Counted from the first letter of the stretch, positions 16,937 through 27,409 are shown. The stretch is DNA of 33,744 nt from an uncultured virus (IMG/VR IMGVR_UViG_3300025010_002040) (IMGVR_UViG_3300025010_002040); one strand, 5' to 3'. The notes: generated by a model from the sequence alone, not told the origin. Numbers and translations: made by a program.

Positions 16937-19012
16937 TTACTCTTCTGATGACTCAGACTCAACCACTTGAACATTAAACTCCTCATCTTCAAGGCCAAAT
17001 TCCTCGAGTATTTTTTCAATAAATAGTAGTTGGTAAACTGTGCTTAAATTTGATTCAATAAATATACCACTATCTTTTATTTCCTGATGTGTTCTTAATA
17101 AGTTTTTATCATAAGTAATAGCACATCGTGTTCCAAATGCAGAATAATTGGATTCTGCCAACTTATGTAAAATCGAATCATCTATTTGATACATATTTTC
17201 AATCATAGTCTTAGTCATTTGTTTATATGATTTTACAAAAAACTTATCTCCCATGAAAGTAAAACTAACCGGTTTTGTAGAGACCAATTTTTCTTTTTCA
17301 ATCAAAGAATAGGAATTGCCATTGTTGACTTCATAATCAATTACATTTTCTGCGTTGTCAATGTGAAATATCTCTAGTAACCTGTCTGCTAATTTCATGG
17401 CTCTATTTATTATTTCTTCGAGACTCCAATTAGATGCTGATATTATAGATTCATTAAGTTTGTTAGCTTTAGAATGGTTCTTGATAATGGATTTCTTATC
17501 ATTAAAGCTTTTCTGACCAAGCTCACTATTATAACCTGTAATTGTAAGGTTCCCTAGAGTATGCACATACTTACTCCATATATCTTCTGCATTTTCTCCT
17601 AACTCATGTAACCAAACTTCATTCAATGTTTGAGGTAATATATGTTCTATAGTTAACGTCTTTACATCCAAAGTTTCATTACTATTGTTATTTTCTATTG
17701 TAGTAAGTAGCATCTTACATAGATTTTTTTTCTGGTACAGATTACCATTAATTAATGAATTCTTAAACTCATCATCAGTTGGCACCCTATCTTTAGTATT
17801 AAGTTGCATAAAAAAACTTAATATTGAATCAAAATAATGACTCTTATGCGTTTGATCTTTGAAAATCCTATTGTAAAGTGTTTTATAAAAACCTCGTAAA
17901 CTGTTAGAAGGTACACCCGTAATGAGTCTTCTTACAGAATAAACTATAAAAAAGTTGAGTACTTTTCGAATTTCAGATTCATCAATAAGGTTCTTATCAA
18001 AATCCTCAAAAACAGGAAGTAAAAATGGATAGATTGTACTTTGGTCTATTAACCTCAAATCTGACATAAAACCATTAATCTCTGGCGAGAATTTATTATC
18101 TTCCATTATAAAAACAACGTATAAATTTGCGTAGTATTTGAGATCCATTAGCATGGAAGTTTTGTTAAAACCATTTTTCATGTAATAATCTTTAAATTTA
18201 TCATAAGTGTTTGATTGTGATATGTTGTCTTTTGTTTTAAAATTCAAATAGTCTGTGAAAAATCCTGTTAATGAATTTTTACCTAGTAACTTTTCTATTT
18301 TTAACCAATAATCTTCATAAAGTTTTTCTTGGTTGATCTCATTCATCAGTAGAAAATTTCTGATCAAGTCAGCAATTGACAAATCTAAACCTGTAGAATT
18401 AATGCTTTCAAAAATTGTTTGAGGATCATCCCCTTTGTCAACATCTAAAATTATCTCTACAACTTCTAGCTTTTTTATACCATAGAGTATGTCACTTAGT
18501 GATAATCCTTTTGCTAGCTCAACATCAATTGCTTTAACAAAGTACAGGTAATTTTTTGTAATATTTGAATCTGTACTCATCTCACTATTTTGATTTTTCA
18601 TTAAAAATGTGAAGGGAACATTATCCGACTTAACTGGTTTTAATTTAATCTTTAAATCCTCACTATTATCTTTACTGAATAAATAGTCAGGAATTTCCGA
18701 TACTAGCTTAAAATCTGATATCATTATTGCTTTATCTAAAATCGCCTTTAATAGCAAGAGAACTGTTGTTATTCTTTGCTGTCCATCAATAATGATGTCT
18801 TCATCAAACTTACTCGAATGATATCCGCGAATATAAACTATTGTTCCTGTGAAGTGTTTTTTATCTAACTTATAGGAATTAATGATATCATCAAACAGTT
18901 TTTTACAATTTGTTAGAGACCAATCATAATTTCGTTGATAAACAGGAATTATAAACTGTCTCTTGGGTTTTTCGATCAAGTCTTTTACTAACCATACAGA
19001 ATCTGCTCTCAT
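16937..19012 (-). CDS. GmrSD-like DUF262-DUF1524 fusion (type IV restriction / RloF-like)
   Basis: IPVYQRNYDW, IIDGQQR and FESINSTG (DUF262); TIEHILPQ...LGNLT...NS (DUF1524 HNH); extra C-terminal domain. Confidence 0.9.
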   Translation of the reverse strand: MRADSVWLVKDLIEKPKRQFIIPVYQRNYDWSLTNCKKLFDDIINSYKLDKKHFTGTIVYIRGYHSSKFDEDIIIDGQQRITTVLLLLKAILDKAIMISDFKLVSEIPDYLFSKDNSEDLKIKLKPVKSDNVPFTFLMKNQNSEMSTDSNITKNYLYFVKAIDVELAKGLSLSDILYGIKKLEVVEIILDVDKGDDPQTIFESINSTGLDLSIADLIRNFLLMNEINQEKLYEDYWLKIEKLLGKNSLTGFFTDYLNFKTKDNISQSNTYDKFKDYYMKNGFNKTSMLMDLKYYANLYVVFIMEDNKFSPEINGFMSDLRLIDQSTIYPFLLPVFEDFDKNLIDESEIRKVLNFFIVYSVRRLITGVPSNSLRGFYKTLYNRIFKDQTHKSHYFDSILSFFMQLNTKDRVPTDDEFKNSLINGNLYQKKNLCKMLLTTIENNNSNETLDVKTLTIEHILPQTLNEVWLHELGENAEDIWSKYVHTLGNLTITGYNSELGQKSFNDKKSIIKNHSKANKLNESIISASNWSLEEIINRAMKLADRLLEIFHIDNAENVIDYEVNNGNSYSLIEKEKLVSTKPVSFTFMGDKFFVKSYKQMTKTMIENMYQIDDSILHKLAESNYSAFGTRCAITYDKNLLRTHQEIKDSGIFIESNLSTVYQLLFIEKILEEFGLEDEEFNVQVVESESSEE

Positions 19013-19154
19013 GTAAATAGCTTCCCCCTTTTTTACATAAATATGAAATAAAAAAATAAAAAAAGATGTTATACATTATTAGTATAACATCAAGAAGTAA
19101 AAATACTCTGACAAAATAACATGAGGTATTACTAAAACTTATTAAAAAATCACT

Positions 19155-20597
19155 TTATAATTTTTTCCCAAGAAACAGCAACTCATTTACCTTCTCTTTT
19201 TTATTTCCTTTACGACTTTCAAAATTAATGCTTTCAATTTTAACCAACTCATATTTAGAAAAGATACTTTTATCAGCAAAAAACTCGCTAATAGTATTAA
19301 TAGTACCTTCAATATCTTTTTTTGTGTGGTTTGACTCGCTATCTGAGTAACTTAATACTATATACTTCGCTTTTGATTTCTTTATCAAAGAAATCAATAT
19401 TTCTACAAACCCTTTAATATTAAAACTGGTATAGACGAGTTTCTCTATTCTGTTTTCACCGGATGCTCCAACAATACCTTTTTCAAATGCATTAATATCT
19501 TCAATGTTGTGATATTTTGCAATAGTGTTTAATAGATGATAATTTGAATCATATTGACGCCAATTATATGGTGGATCTAGGTACAGAACATCTGCAACTT
19601 CATTTACTATTGTTTTAGTTGCATCTTCTTGGAGTATTTTAACGTTTGTTCTATTAAAGCTTAATTCAGGTATATAAAGACGAAACTCTTGTTTAGTATT
19701 GGCTCTGTAGTCTTTATAAAAAGCTTGATATGTTGCACTGGTATTAGAAAAAATTGTAACAGATTCTATTAATGCCGTTAATAGAACATAAAACTCATTT
19801 TGTTTTAGTGCTTTTTTCATAAGCCAGTACTCTAATGTGTTAAGAATAACGTCAATTCTATATGCATGATCCTTGCTAAAAAATTTTCTACTACCTGCTA
19901 AATTTGGTTTATTTATAAGTTTTTGTAAAATTTGAAGATCTCGATTATTTGTAGATATCATAAATTTTTCTAGCTCTATTAAATATTTTATATCATAAGG
20001 ATATTTGTAAAATTTATCGATTAGTCTCCATTCATTTATTCCATCGGTTCTTAATCTTCTTTTAATGTTTTCTAGTGTCTTCTTATAAACTAAATTGATA
20101 TACCTGGCGTTGCCTCCGAATTCAGTATAGTTTTTTGTAATAAAATTATAAGGTTCAAATATTGGGTCGTCATAATCATTTTCACTGGCAAAGTAACTTA
20201 AATAGACTAATACAATATGATAATTTGAATTATTAATCTTTTTTATAAACTCTTTTGTAAGAACATTTTTATTATCAGAAAATATTTTTTTTAGAGCGCT
20301 TTTGAAAACATCAGTATTTTTAAGTTTCTCCAATTGTTCATTAAACTTACAAAAATCAAATAGTTTCTTAAACTCAGGTAATCCAGAATTTTCTATGTAA
20401 CATTTTCCTAATACGTATGATAAATCATTTATATCATTGCTTATTACATCGAATCCATTCTCTTTAAAATATCTCCCAACATTAGTTGTTCCAGAAAATG
20501 CGTCAATCAAACTGTTTATATCTTCATCAACAAATTCAACTACATTTTTATATATTTGAGGTAAAATTTTATCCTTATTACCCATGTATTTTTTCAT
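19155..20597 (-). CDS. DNA adenine methyltransferase (alpha class, D12 / FokI-NlaIII-like)
   Basis: YMGNK, DAFSGT, ND and YLDPPYNWRQYDSNYHLL motifs. Confidence 0.9.
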   Translation of the reverse strand: MKKYMGNKDKILPQIYKNVVEFVDEDINSLIDAFSGTTNVGRYFKENGFDVISNDINDLSYVLGKCYIENSGLPEFKKLFDFCKFNEQLEKLKNTDVFKSALKKIFSDNKNVLTKEFIKKINNSNYHIVLVYLSYFASENDYDDPIFEPYNFITKNYTEFGGNARYINLVYKKTLENIKRRLRTDGINEWRLIDKFYKYPYDIKYLIELEKFMISTNNRDLQILQKLINKPNLAGSRKFFSKDHAYRIDVILNTLEYWLMKKALKQNEFYVLLTALIESVTIFSNTSATYQAFYKDYRANTKQEFRLYIPELSFNRTNVKILQEDATKTIVNEVADVLYLDPPYNWRQYDSNYHLLNTIAKYHNIEDINAFEKGIVGASGENRIEKLVYTSFNIKGFVEILISLIKKSKAKYIVLSYSDSESNHTKKDIEGTINTISEFFADKSIFSKYELVKIESINFESRKGNKKEKVNELLFLGKKL

Positions 20598-20598
20598 T

Positions 20599-21933
20599 TT
20601 AAACCTCGCATCTTATAATTAATTCATTGCCTTTTACTTTATTGGGCTGTTGACCAAAATTTCTATATAGGTAGTCAATTTCTTTCACAATCACTTTTTG
20701 ATAATATTTTTCGCAAATTTCTTTGATTTCACTTTTACTCAAAATACATTGTTTAGTATCCGAATAACTAATTACTAAACTCTTTCTGGCAGTTCTGCAC
20801 AAACTAATCATGGTATCAAACTCATCATGTGCTTTAGATTTTATGCCAAAAGGAGACTGATATCTATCAGTTCTGTATCTACCATGATACTCTGTGTCAG
20901 GATAATCATATTTTACTAGTGTCTCTAAAATGTGATAGAAACGTGAGTAATGTGCATTAGTATAAGGTGGATCTATGTATATGACATCAACTTTATTCAT
21001 AATATGGTGGTTCTTTTCATAAAACAATTCCTTGTAGTCATAACATAATGACAAATTGTCCCCATAATCAGAAACAATGAGATTGTTAAACTCAACTTGC
21101 TTATCTTCCATCAAGGTCTTTATAGAAAGACTTTTTTTAGTTACAATTTTTTTTACTTCTCTTTTTAGCATTTTATTATCATCTATCTTAAATTGTTGTG
21201 GTTGTGCAAAATGATCACCAACTGAAGTAACAATATTATTTAAGGCGTATATAAGTAACGAAAGATAAATATAATATTCTGTATCTGTAATCAGCCCCAT
21301 AGTTTTGTTCTTTTCTAGAGAATATCTAAAACTATCAATAAAAACTGCTTGTTCAAGGCTAAAATAAGGTGTTGTATATTTCAGTGTAAATAGTTCATAG
21401 AAACTATCACTATTGTTTTTTTGCAGTTTTAGATATCTTTTTCTTGAGAAAAAGGATTCAGTCCCTTTGAAAATCGGATGAACATAATCCATTTTATCTC
21501 CATTTACATGAGGTGTCTTTTCATAAAATAATTTGTATTCTTGTAACTTTTGATAATCGTCTAGATTATCTAATAAATAGCTAATTAGATCCTTTTCGTA
21601 TTGTAACTGTTTACTGAAAATACCTGAAAGATAATTATAATTATCCCTAAATGAATTAGAGTTAATAATGTTATTTACATCAATTTTCTTGTAATCAAAA
21701 CTCTTGTCAATTTCAATCAAAGCTTTACCTACTACATAGCTGTACTCTTGTATATCATTTACTACTACATCATTATTAGCGCTTAGTCTTTGTGCTACTA
21801 TTGTTGAGCCAGCAAACATATCTAGAACAGTACCTCTATTAGGCAATAAATCTTCTACTTCCGAGCTAATTAGATCTAGTAATTTAGTCTTTATTCCCAG
21901 ATATCGTATTAGTATATGAATCACTATTCCCAC
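20599..21933 (-). CDS. Second DNA adenine methyltransferase (alpha class); start uncertain
   Basis: RYLGIK, DMFAGS, NDIQ and YIDPPYTNAHYSRFYHILETL motifs. Confidence 0.88.
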   Translation of the reverse strand: MGIVIHILIRYLGIKTKLLDLISSEVEDLLPNRGTVLDMFAGSTIVAQRLSANNDVVVNDIQEYSYVVGKALIEIDKSFDYKKIDVNNIINSNSFRDNYNYLSGIFSKQLQYEKDLISYLLDNLDDYQKLQEYKLFYEKTPHVNGDKMDYVHPIFKGTESFFSRKRYLKLQKNNSDSFYELFTLKYTTPYFSLEQAVFIDSFRYSLEKNKTMGLITDTEYYIYLSLLIYALNNIVTSVGDHFAQPQQFKIDDNKMLKREVKKIVTKKSLSIKTLMEDKQVEFNNLIVSDYGDNLSLCYDYKELFYEKNHHIMNKVDVIYIDPPYTNAHYSRFYHILETLVKYDYPDTEYHGRYRTDRYQSPFGIKSKAHDEFDTMISLCRTARKSLVISYSDTKQCILSKSEIKEICEKYYQKVIVKEIDYLYRNFGQQPNKVKGNELIIRCEV

Positions 21934-23312
21934 TTCCCATTTATCATTGCATTTTTATGCTTACTCATATATTTGCTTTTTTGCTCTGATAAGTCAAGTA
22001 CAATATCTCTGTTTAGGCCGAATGCCTTAATATTTTGATCATTGAGTTTATCAGAAATCATTATTCTACCATCACTATCAAAACTAAATGCTCTTATGTC
22101 AAAAAGAAGATCATGATTAGGACAAAGTAATAGACCATTATTAGGATCTACTTTTTCTTGTGCAGTTGATTTTTGCCATGGCAAAATATGAGAAGCTATT
22201 AGATATTGTTCACCTATTATATTGCATCCTGGTATTGCACACTTACAAACACCATCTATCTGTGATTTTTTAACAAGGAATCTTTTAAATCTATTTTGTC
22301 CTCGACGACTTGATGTTGTTGTAGTTACATTGTGTCCTTCATGAACAACTGTATCAAGTTCCTCTAGTTCTACTGAAGTTTCTTCTTCAACATCAGAGGC
22401 AACAGCAGCCACTTGAGGAGTTACATTAAGTTTTATGCATTTAACAAACTCTTCTCGCTCATTAACATCAAATGATATTAAGAAATCCTTAAAGACTTGA
22501 AGCTCACCAGGCTGATATGAAAGTATTCTTGTGAAATTATCTGAATCGAGTACTCTTAATTTATCTGATACCAGATTCATAAATTGATCCACCAATTCCT
22601 CATAAATTAGAGTTGTTGAATCAAGCTCAAGAACCACTCTAAATAATGAAAATAGTAGTGCTTCAATTTTTATTGCACTGCTTTGTAGAGATCTGATGCG
22701 TTTTTTTACAATTTCATATTGATTATCGATTTCATTTTTCATGAACTCATTGAATTCCATCTCATCGGAATTATAAATATCCAAGTATAGATCCAATAAT
22801 TGTGGGTCACTATAAAAAACGAATACTCCGTATGAGGGGTTTGACAATGATATATTATCTGATGTTAATAGTATTCTTAAATATTCATCAAAGTTGCTTA
22901 AGACCCTATCTGGAAGAGAATCTATAAGATATTGTGAACCTGACAAAAGATTATAATTGCTTCTTAAGCCAAGTGTAAAAATAAAAAGCGTTTTAAGAAA
23001 TGATGATTGGTCAGGAAAAACGGTTCCAATTTTCAATAACATATTTGCTCTTATACTTATTTCGCTATCAGTTATATCATCAGAATAAACACGCAAATCC
23101 CTACAAACCTTATACTTCTGATGATGATCCGTCCCAATGTTATTGTATATATCATTATAGTATTTATAATAAGTGTTTAGTGTTTTTATGTTTGTATTCA
23201 AAATCTGATACACACGCTTATTAACACGCGAAGTACTTGTAAATTCCCTCGATAAATCCGGCGAACTGGATAGAATGTTTAATCTATTTTTAAATTTTTC
23301 AAAAAGATTCAT
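21924..23312 (-). CDS. Putative restriction endonuclease with C-terminal HNH domain
   Basis: RRGQ..F, CAIPGC, LIASHILPW and NGLLLCPNHDLLFD motifs; ATG at 23312 after GGAGG; TGATATAAT at 23352-23344. Confidence 0.85.
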   Translation of the reverse strand: MNLFEKFKNRLNILSSSPDLSREFTSTSRVNKRVYQILNTNIKTLNTYYKYYNDIYNNIGTDHHQKYKVCRDLRVYSDDITDSEISIRANMLLKIGTVFPDQSSFLKTLFIFTLGLRSNYNLLSGSQYLIDSLPDRVLSNFDEYLRILLTSDNISLSNPSYGVFVFYSDPQLLDLYLDIYNSDEMEFNEFMKNEIDNQYEIVKKRIRSLQSSAIKIEALLFSLFRVVLELDSTTLIYEELVDQFMNLVSDKLRVLDSDNFTRILSYQPGELQVFKDFLISFDVNEREEFVKCIKLNVTPQVAAVASDVEEETSVELEELDTVVHEGHNVTTTTSSRRGQNRFKRFLVKKSQIDGVCKCAIPGCNIIGEQYLIASHILPWQKSTAQEKVDPNNGLLLCPNHDLLFDIRAFSFDSDGRIMISDKLNDQNIKAFGLNRDIVLDLSEQKSKYMSKHKNAMINGKWE

Positions 23313-23472
23313 AGTGTTTCCTCCAATGCTAAACATAACATATATTATATCACGATTAACTATTTTTCTCTATACACCCATGAACTATAATTTCTATTAA
23401 TTAATGCGTTCATAGAATGAGCTTTTTTTAATAACTATTGTGTATCATGGTATTTATAAATATCAAAACACT

Positions 23473-23928
23473 TCAACTCATACTTGATTTTGAATCTGAT
23501 TTAATTTTATAACAAATCCATAATCTAATGATATCTTCTTTCTTTTGGTTGTATGAACTCCTTTTAATCCCTAATTCTCTAAGAATTACTAACACATTAC
23601 TTCTATCAATATGTGAATCAAGAATAATCTTTTGCTCCTCTTTAAGTGTGTTTTTAAAATCTTGATATTTCATAATTACTTGATTACTCTTGTTTATTTC
23701 ATCCTCAACCTGATTAATCTTGTCTATCCAGTATAAAAGATTCTCATCACCTTTCTTGTCTGAAGTACCAGATCCAATCTGATCATATGAAATCCCATGG
23801 TACCCTATAAGCTTAACTTTGTAATAATCTAGTTTTTCGAGTAGCTCGGGTAGTTTTCTTTTAGATCGTCTTAATTGATCTATCCATTTATAAAACGAGT
23901 TGTTTAAACCAGTCTTCGATTGATTCAT
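23473..23928 (-). CDS. ArpU/RinA-like late transcription regulator
   Basis: Last early gene; coiled coil, then LKEEQKIIL...ELGIKRS resembling a sigma-region-4 HTH. Confidence 0.55.
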   Translation of the reverse strand: MNQSKTGLNNSFYKWIDQLRRSKRKLPELLEKLDYYKVKLIGYHGISYDQIGSGTSDKKGDENLLYWIDKINQVEDEINKSNQVIMKYQDFKNTLKEEQKIILDSHIDRSNVLVILRELGIKRSSYNQKKEDIIRLWICYKIKSDSKSSMS

Positions 23929-24811
23929 GGCTATTCTCCCTTCTTCGTTGAAACATCTCTAGATTATTCATTAAAGACTTCCGCATGAAACTAAACTTGT
24001 CATCAATTTGTGTTTCAGCTCTTTTTGAATAACTTACGATATAGTCTGTTGCTGCTAAGACATCATCAAATCCATAAATTGACACTGCTTCATCAAACAG
24101 CTTATTGTATTTACCAATTTCTAATGTCCCATCTTCTATGTATTGGCTCCTAATGATTGCCTTTGTGATGTAATGATAGTTAGGAAGAGAATATACCCCT
24201 TTATCCTTTTTATCCTCTTTATCTCTTTCTTTTTTCTTTTCTTTTTCTTTTTGTGTACTTTTGTATTCAATAACCTTAGTTGAAGTGTCATTATTGTTAT
24301 CAATAACATTACTTGAAGTATGATTATCGCTATCAATAACTACGGTTGAAGTCGAATTATTGTCTACATTAACTTGTGGCGTTTTTTTATAGAAATTATT
24401 CAACTCAAGCATCGTATGTTGATCCAACAACCAATACTTTTGATGTTCAATCCCACGTCTACGCCTTGTAGAGAGCGTAAACTGCCGCTGTATCGCTTTT
24501 GAAGTGAATACACCGACACTAAGTAGTTCTTTATCAAATAGCCCGTTAAAACCGGCCCTTAGGATTATTTTCTCAATATCATTGACGCTTGGTGCCCATG
24601 CATTACCAATACTTTTAATAAGGGTTTTTGCTGCTTGCTCTGTTGTCATTTCCAAGTAATACCCGTGGGCATAAATCATGGTTAAAAGGCGGATGTATAC
24701 CATCTCGCCCATCACACCATACATTAAATTTAAATCCGTTATCTTTTCATCTTCAAAAAAACTCACATCGAGTGGGAAGTATTGCAGCCCCATTTTGAAC
24801 GGTCTCGCCAT
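23888..24811 (-). CDS. Phage replication initiator (DUF4373 / Lin1244-like)
   Basis: MARPFKMGLQYFPLDVSFFED.KI...YG..G...LL..IY...GYY; TSKAIQ motif; internal iterons. Confidence 0.85.
   Translation of the reverse strand: MARPFKMGLQYFPLDVSFFEDEKITDLNLMYGVMGEMVYIRLLTMIYAHGYYLEMTTEQAAKTLIKSIGNAWAPSVNDIEKIILRAGFNGLFDKELLSVGVFTSKAIQRQFTLSTRRRRGIEHQKYWLLDQHTMLELNNFYKKTPQVNVDNNSTSTVVIDSDNHTSSNVIDNNNDTSTKVIEYKSTQKEKEKKKERDKEDKKDKGVYSLPNYHYITKAIIRSQYIEDGTLEIGKYNKLFDEAVSIYGFDDVLAATDYIVSYSKRAETQIDDKFSFMRKSLMNNLEMFQRRRENSHESIEDWFKQLVL
24267..24373. repeat. Three 33-bp iteron-like direct repeats (putative phage ori)
   Basis: TCAATAAC-N5-TTGAAGT-N3-ATTAT at 24267, 24300 and 24333, partial fourth at 24366; next to a pyrimidine/T-rich tract at about 24196-24252. 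Confidence 0.8.
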
Positions 24812-24833
24812 TATTTTAGTCCTTTCGCATCAC

Positions 24834-24874
24834 AAAAAGCATGCCATTTTTAGGTTTCTATCGATAGCATGCTT
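24834..24874 (-). terminator. Terminator-like hairpin upstream of the replication gene
   Basis: AAGCATGCTAT...ATGGCATGCTT-TTT. Confidence 0.5.
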
Positions 24875-24952
24875 CTGTATGTCATTATCTTTTGTTTCCT
24901 ACGTTTTCCATTTTCATAGCCCTGATACACACATTATCGGCGTAATAAATCA

Positions 24953-25165
24953 TTATTTATTTTTGCTTGTTTTATGAAGCTCATCAATAAACTTTACGAG
25001 ATTTTCTTTCGATACTCTCCACCCTGGTCCTATCTTAAATGCATGTAGTTTTCCTTTTTTGATATAGGTTGATAACGTTCTTCTTGATACCCTTAATATG
25101 TCTGCAACTTCTTCTAGTTTGTAATAATCTCGTGTTGGTTCTTGACGCTTAGTTTCGTTTATCAT
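24953..25165 (-). CDS. Excisionase-like HTH_17 DNA-binding protein
   Basis: YKLEEVADILRVSRRTL...GKLHAFKIG..WRV. Confidence 0.85.
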   Translation of the reverse strand: MINETKRQEPTRDYYKLEEVADILRVSRRTLSTYIKKGKLHAFKIGPGWRVSKENLVKFIDELHKTSKNK

Positions 25166-25895
25166 CTTTTGCTCCCTGGTATTCTTTTAGTATGCGTTCA
25201 ATAAATGTAATACCACTTCGGTATACATAGGTTCTTTGTGATGTGACTGTACTTCCTTCACTCACAACTTTAGCTTCAACAACTCTAAAATACTTCTTGT
25301 CACAATACTCCTGGTGTGGCACATTGGAATCATCAAGGATTCGTTTAGCTCTAAGTATTTTTAAGAGTTCTGTACTTTTTAGACCATGGTATCTAATGAC
25401 TTCATGAACCATATCTAGGTCTGTCGCACTACCAGTACCTAGTAGACGATCAATATATTTAATTTTTGGTGCATTGAGTTTGAGCTGTGTTTCAACAACA
25501 CTATGCCTAACCCTTAAATCCTCAAACTCTTCTAAAAATTTTAATGCGACATCTGGATCCTTAAATTCATCGACATTGTATTTTTTGTATTTAATCAAAT
25601 TTGGTAAAACAGTACGATATAACCAATCACTGATTGCTTCAGCCTCAGTTTTGGTTGATTGAAACATACAACTACTTAAATAGTCAGCGATTATGAAATA
25701 CTTATTTTTAGACGCTCCGTTTGAGTCTTTTACCTCAAGGGTCTTAACTGCATTTGATGGAATTCTAGAGCGAAAATCGTTGATATTTTTTATACCATAA
25801 ATATGGGTTAAATCTTTCAAGTTAAAACAGGGTTGATCATCAATGATCGCTGTTCGAACTTTCCCATACCGGTTGTTGTGAAACTCTTTGATCAT
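25149..25895 (-). CDS. Antirepressor (BRO-N + KilAC/ANT)
   Basis: YGKVRT...PCF..KD and W....VLP (BRO); APK..Y.D and PHQEY...YF (ANT). Confidence 0.85.
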   Translation of the reverse strand: MIKEFHNNRYGKVRTAIIDDQPCFNLKDLTHIYGIKNINDFRSRIPSNAVKTLEVKDSNGASKNKYFIIADYLSSCMFQSTKTEAEAISDWLYRTVLPNLIKYKKYNVDEFKDPDVALKFLEEFEDLRVRHSVVETQLKLNAPKIKYIDRLLGTGSATDLDMVHEVIRYHGLKSTELLKILRAKRILDDSNVPHQEYCDKKYFRVVEAKVVSEGSTVTSQRTYVYRSGITFIERILKEYQGAKDDKRN

Positions 25896-25923
25896 AATTT
25901 GTCCTTTCATTTCTTTTCAATTT

Positions 25924-26850
25924 TTAGTTGTCTTCATCTTCTTCTTGATTAAGTAGCTTTTGTGCAATAACATGTTCATAAACATGCTGACTTTTGATTT
26001 CCGCATGCATATAAATCTCTGTTGTTGCTGGATCTGAATGACGCATAATCTTTTGAGTGTCATCCTTGTTTGCTCCATATTGTCTTGCTAATGTTGCAGT
26101 TGTATGTCTTAAACTATGTGCTGTATGTTTATCATCATCAAATCCGATATCTCTAAGTAGATCCTTGATAATACGTCTAATATTTCTGGTTTTCATTCTT
26201 TGGCCTAAATACTTAGGTTTATGGTCAACAAATAACGGTTCATACTGGTCGCTCCTTTTCATGATGTATGTTTCAATTGCTTTATTCACTAAAGGCGAGA
26301 GTCGAACGAATGAACTCTTCGATGTTTTGCCTTTTCCATGAACATAGAGTATTTCACCGTCATCAATCACATTTAAATCACTAACATCTGCACGTTCGAC
26401 TTCAACAGTTCGCATCCCAGTTGTTAGCATAAGTAAAACCATAACATAATCTCTGTATTTAATGATGTTTTTATCTGAATTGATTTGAGCAAGTTTTAAT
26501 AACTGTCTGGATTCACTTTCAGATAAATGCGCACGTTTAAACTTCTTTTCAATCTTTGGACTCTTAATCCCCTCCGATGGATTTGCTCCATGACCGTTCG
26601 TATGATACCAACGGTAGAAATTTCGTACCACTACCAGGTGATACTTAATGGTCGTTTCTTCTAGCTTGCGTTTAAAAAGATGGTCACGATAAGCCATAAC
26701 GTCACTGCGAGTTGGTAAATCAGACAGTGTGTTGGCATAATCCACAAATTGCTGAAGGATCCTTTCATAGGATTGCTTAGTCGTCATACTTACATCGGCA
26801 TCATCTAGATACTTTTTTGTAAGCTGTCTAAACCCTTCTTTTGATGACAT
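25924..26850 (-). CDS. Tyrosine recombinase (XerC/D-like)
   Basis: Intact catalytic set TGMR, GKG, HSLRH, RH...TT.IY; start MSSK after AAAGGTG. Confidence 0.93.
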   Translation of the reverse strand: MSSKEGFRQLTKKYLDDADVSMTTKQSYERILQQFVDYANTLSDLPTRSDVMAYRDHLFKRKLEETTIKYHLVVVRNFYRWYHTNGHGANPSEGIKSPKIEKKFKRAHLSESESRQLLKLAQINSDKNIIKYRDYVMVLLMLTTGMRTVEVERADVSDLNVIDDGEILYVHGKGKTSKSSFVRLSPLVNKAIETYIMKRSDQYEPLFVDHKPKYLGQRMKTRNIRRIIKDLLRDIGFDDDKHTAHSLRHTTATLARQYGANKDDTQKIMRHSDPATTEIYMHAEIKSQHVYEHVIAQKLLNQEEDEDN

Positions 26851-26919
26851 CTTTTCACCTTTCTGTATCAAATTTTTGATTCTATGTTTTTTTGAAAAAC
26901 AAGATAAATGGCGATTATG

Positions 26920-27231
26920 TTACCATCTAATTTTTTTGTATTTCTTAATGCCATTAAGCTCTTCATATGAACTTAAATACGAAGCTTCTGCTTTTAGAAA
27001 CTCTAGTGGTTCCACATGAAGCAATATAATCAATTTAATGACTAATTCAATAGGTAGCCTTTTTCCTCTTTGTCCACCTTCAATTTGCCTGTAATAGACT
27101 GCAGAAACGTCAAGTTCTCTCGATAGATACTCAGCTGAATAACCCATTTTGTTGCGATAAACTTTAAGATAGTCACGGATTAATGGCACATGTGATTTCT
27201 GTTTTAGGTGCGTGGAATCCTCTTCATACAT
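26920..27231 (-). CDS. Cro-like XRE HTH regulator
   Basis: LKVYRNKMGYSAEYLSRELDVS..YY.QIEGG; divergent from the repressor. Confidence 0.8.
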   Translation of the reverse strand: MYEEDSTHLKQKSHVPLIRDYLKVYRNKMGYSAEYLSRELDVSAVYYRQIEGGQRGKRLPIELVIKLIILLHVEPLEFLKAEASYLSSYEELNGIKKYKKIRW

Positions 27232-27409
27232 TTGTTAGTGATTACTCCTTTCTTGCATATTTCACCTGGTGCCTATGATTATAAGTAAAGAAAAGCATTC
27301 AAAAAATGACTTATCTACTTATTTGATGAGTTGCAACAAAGAGAGTTATAACTTTCCTATGTTTGCTTATAATTGATACACTCTGTATTAATTATTGTAT
27401 GCAAAAATC

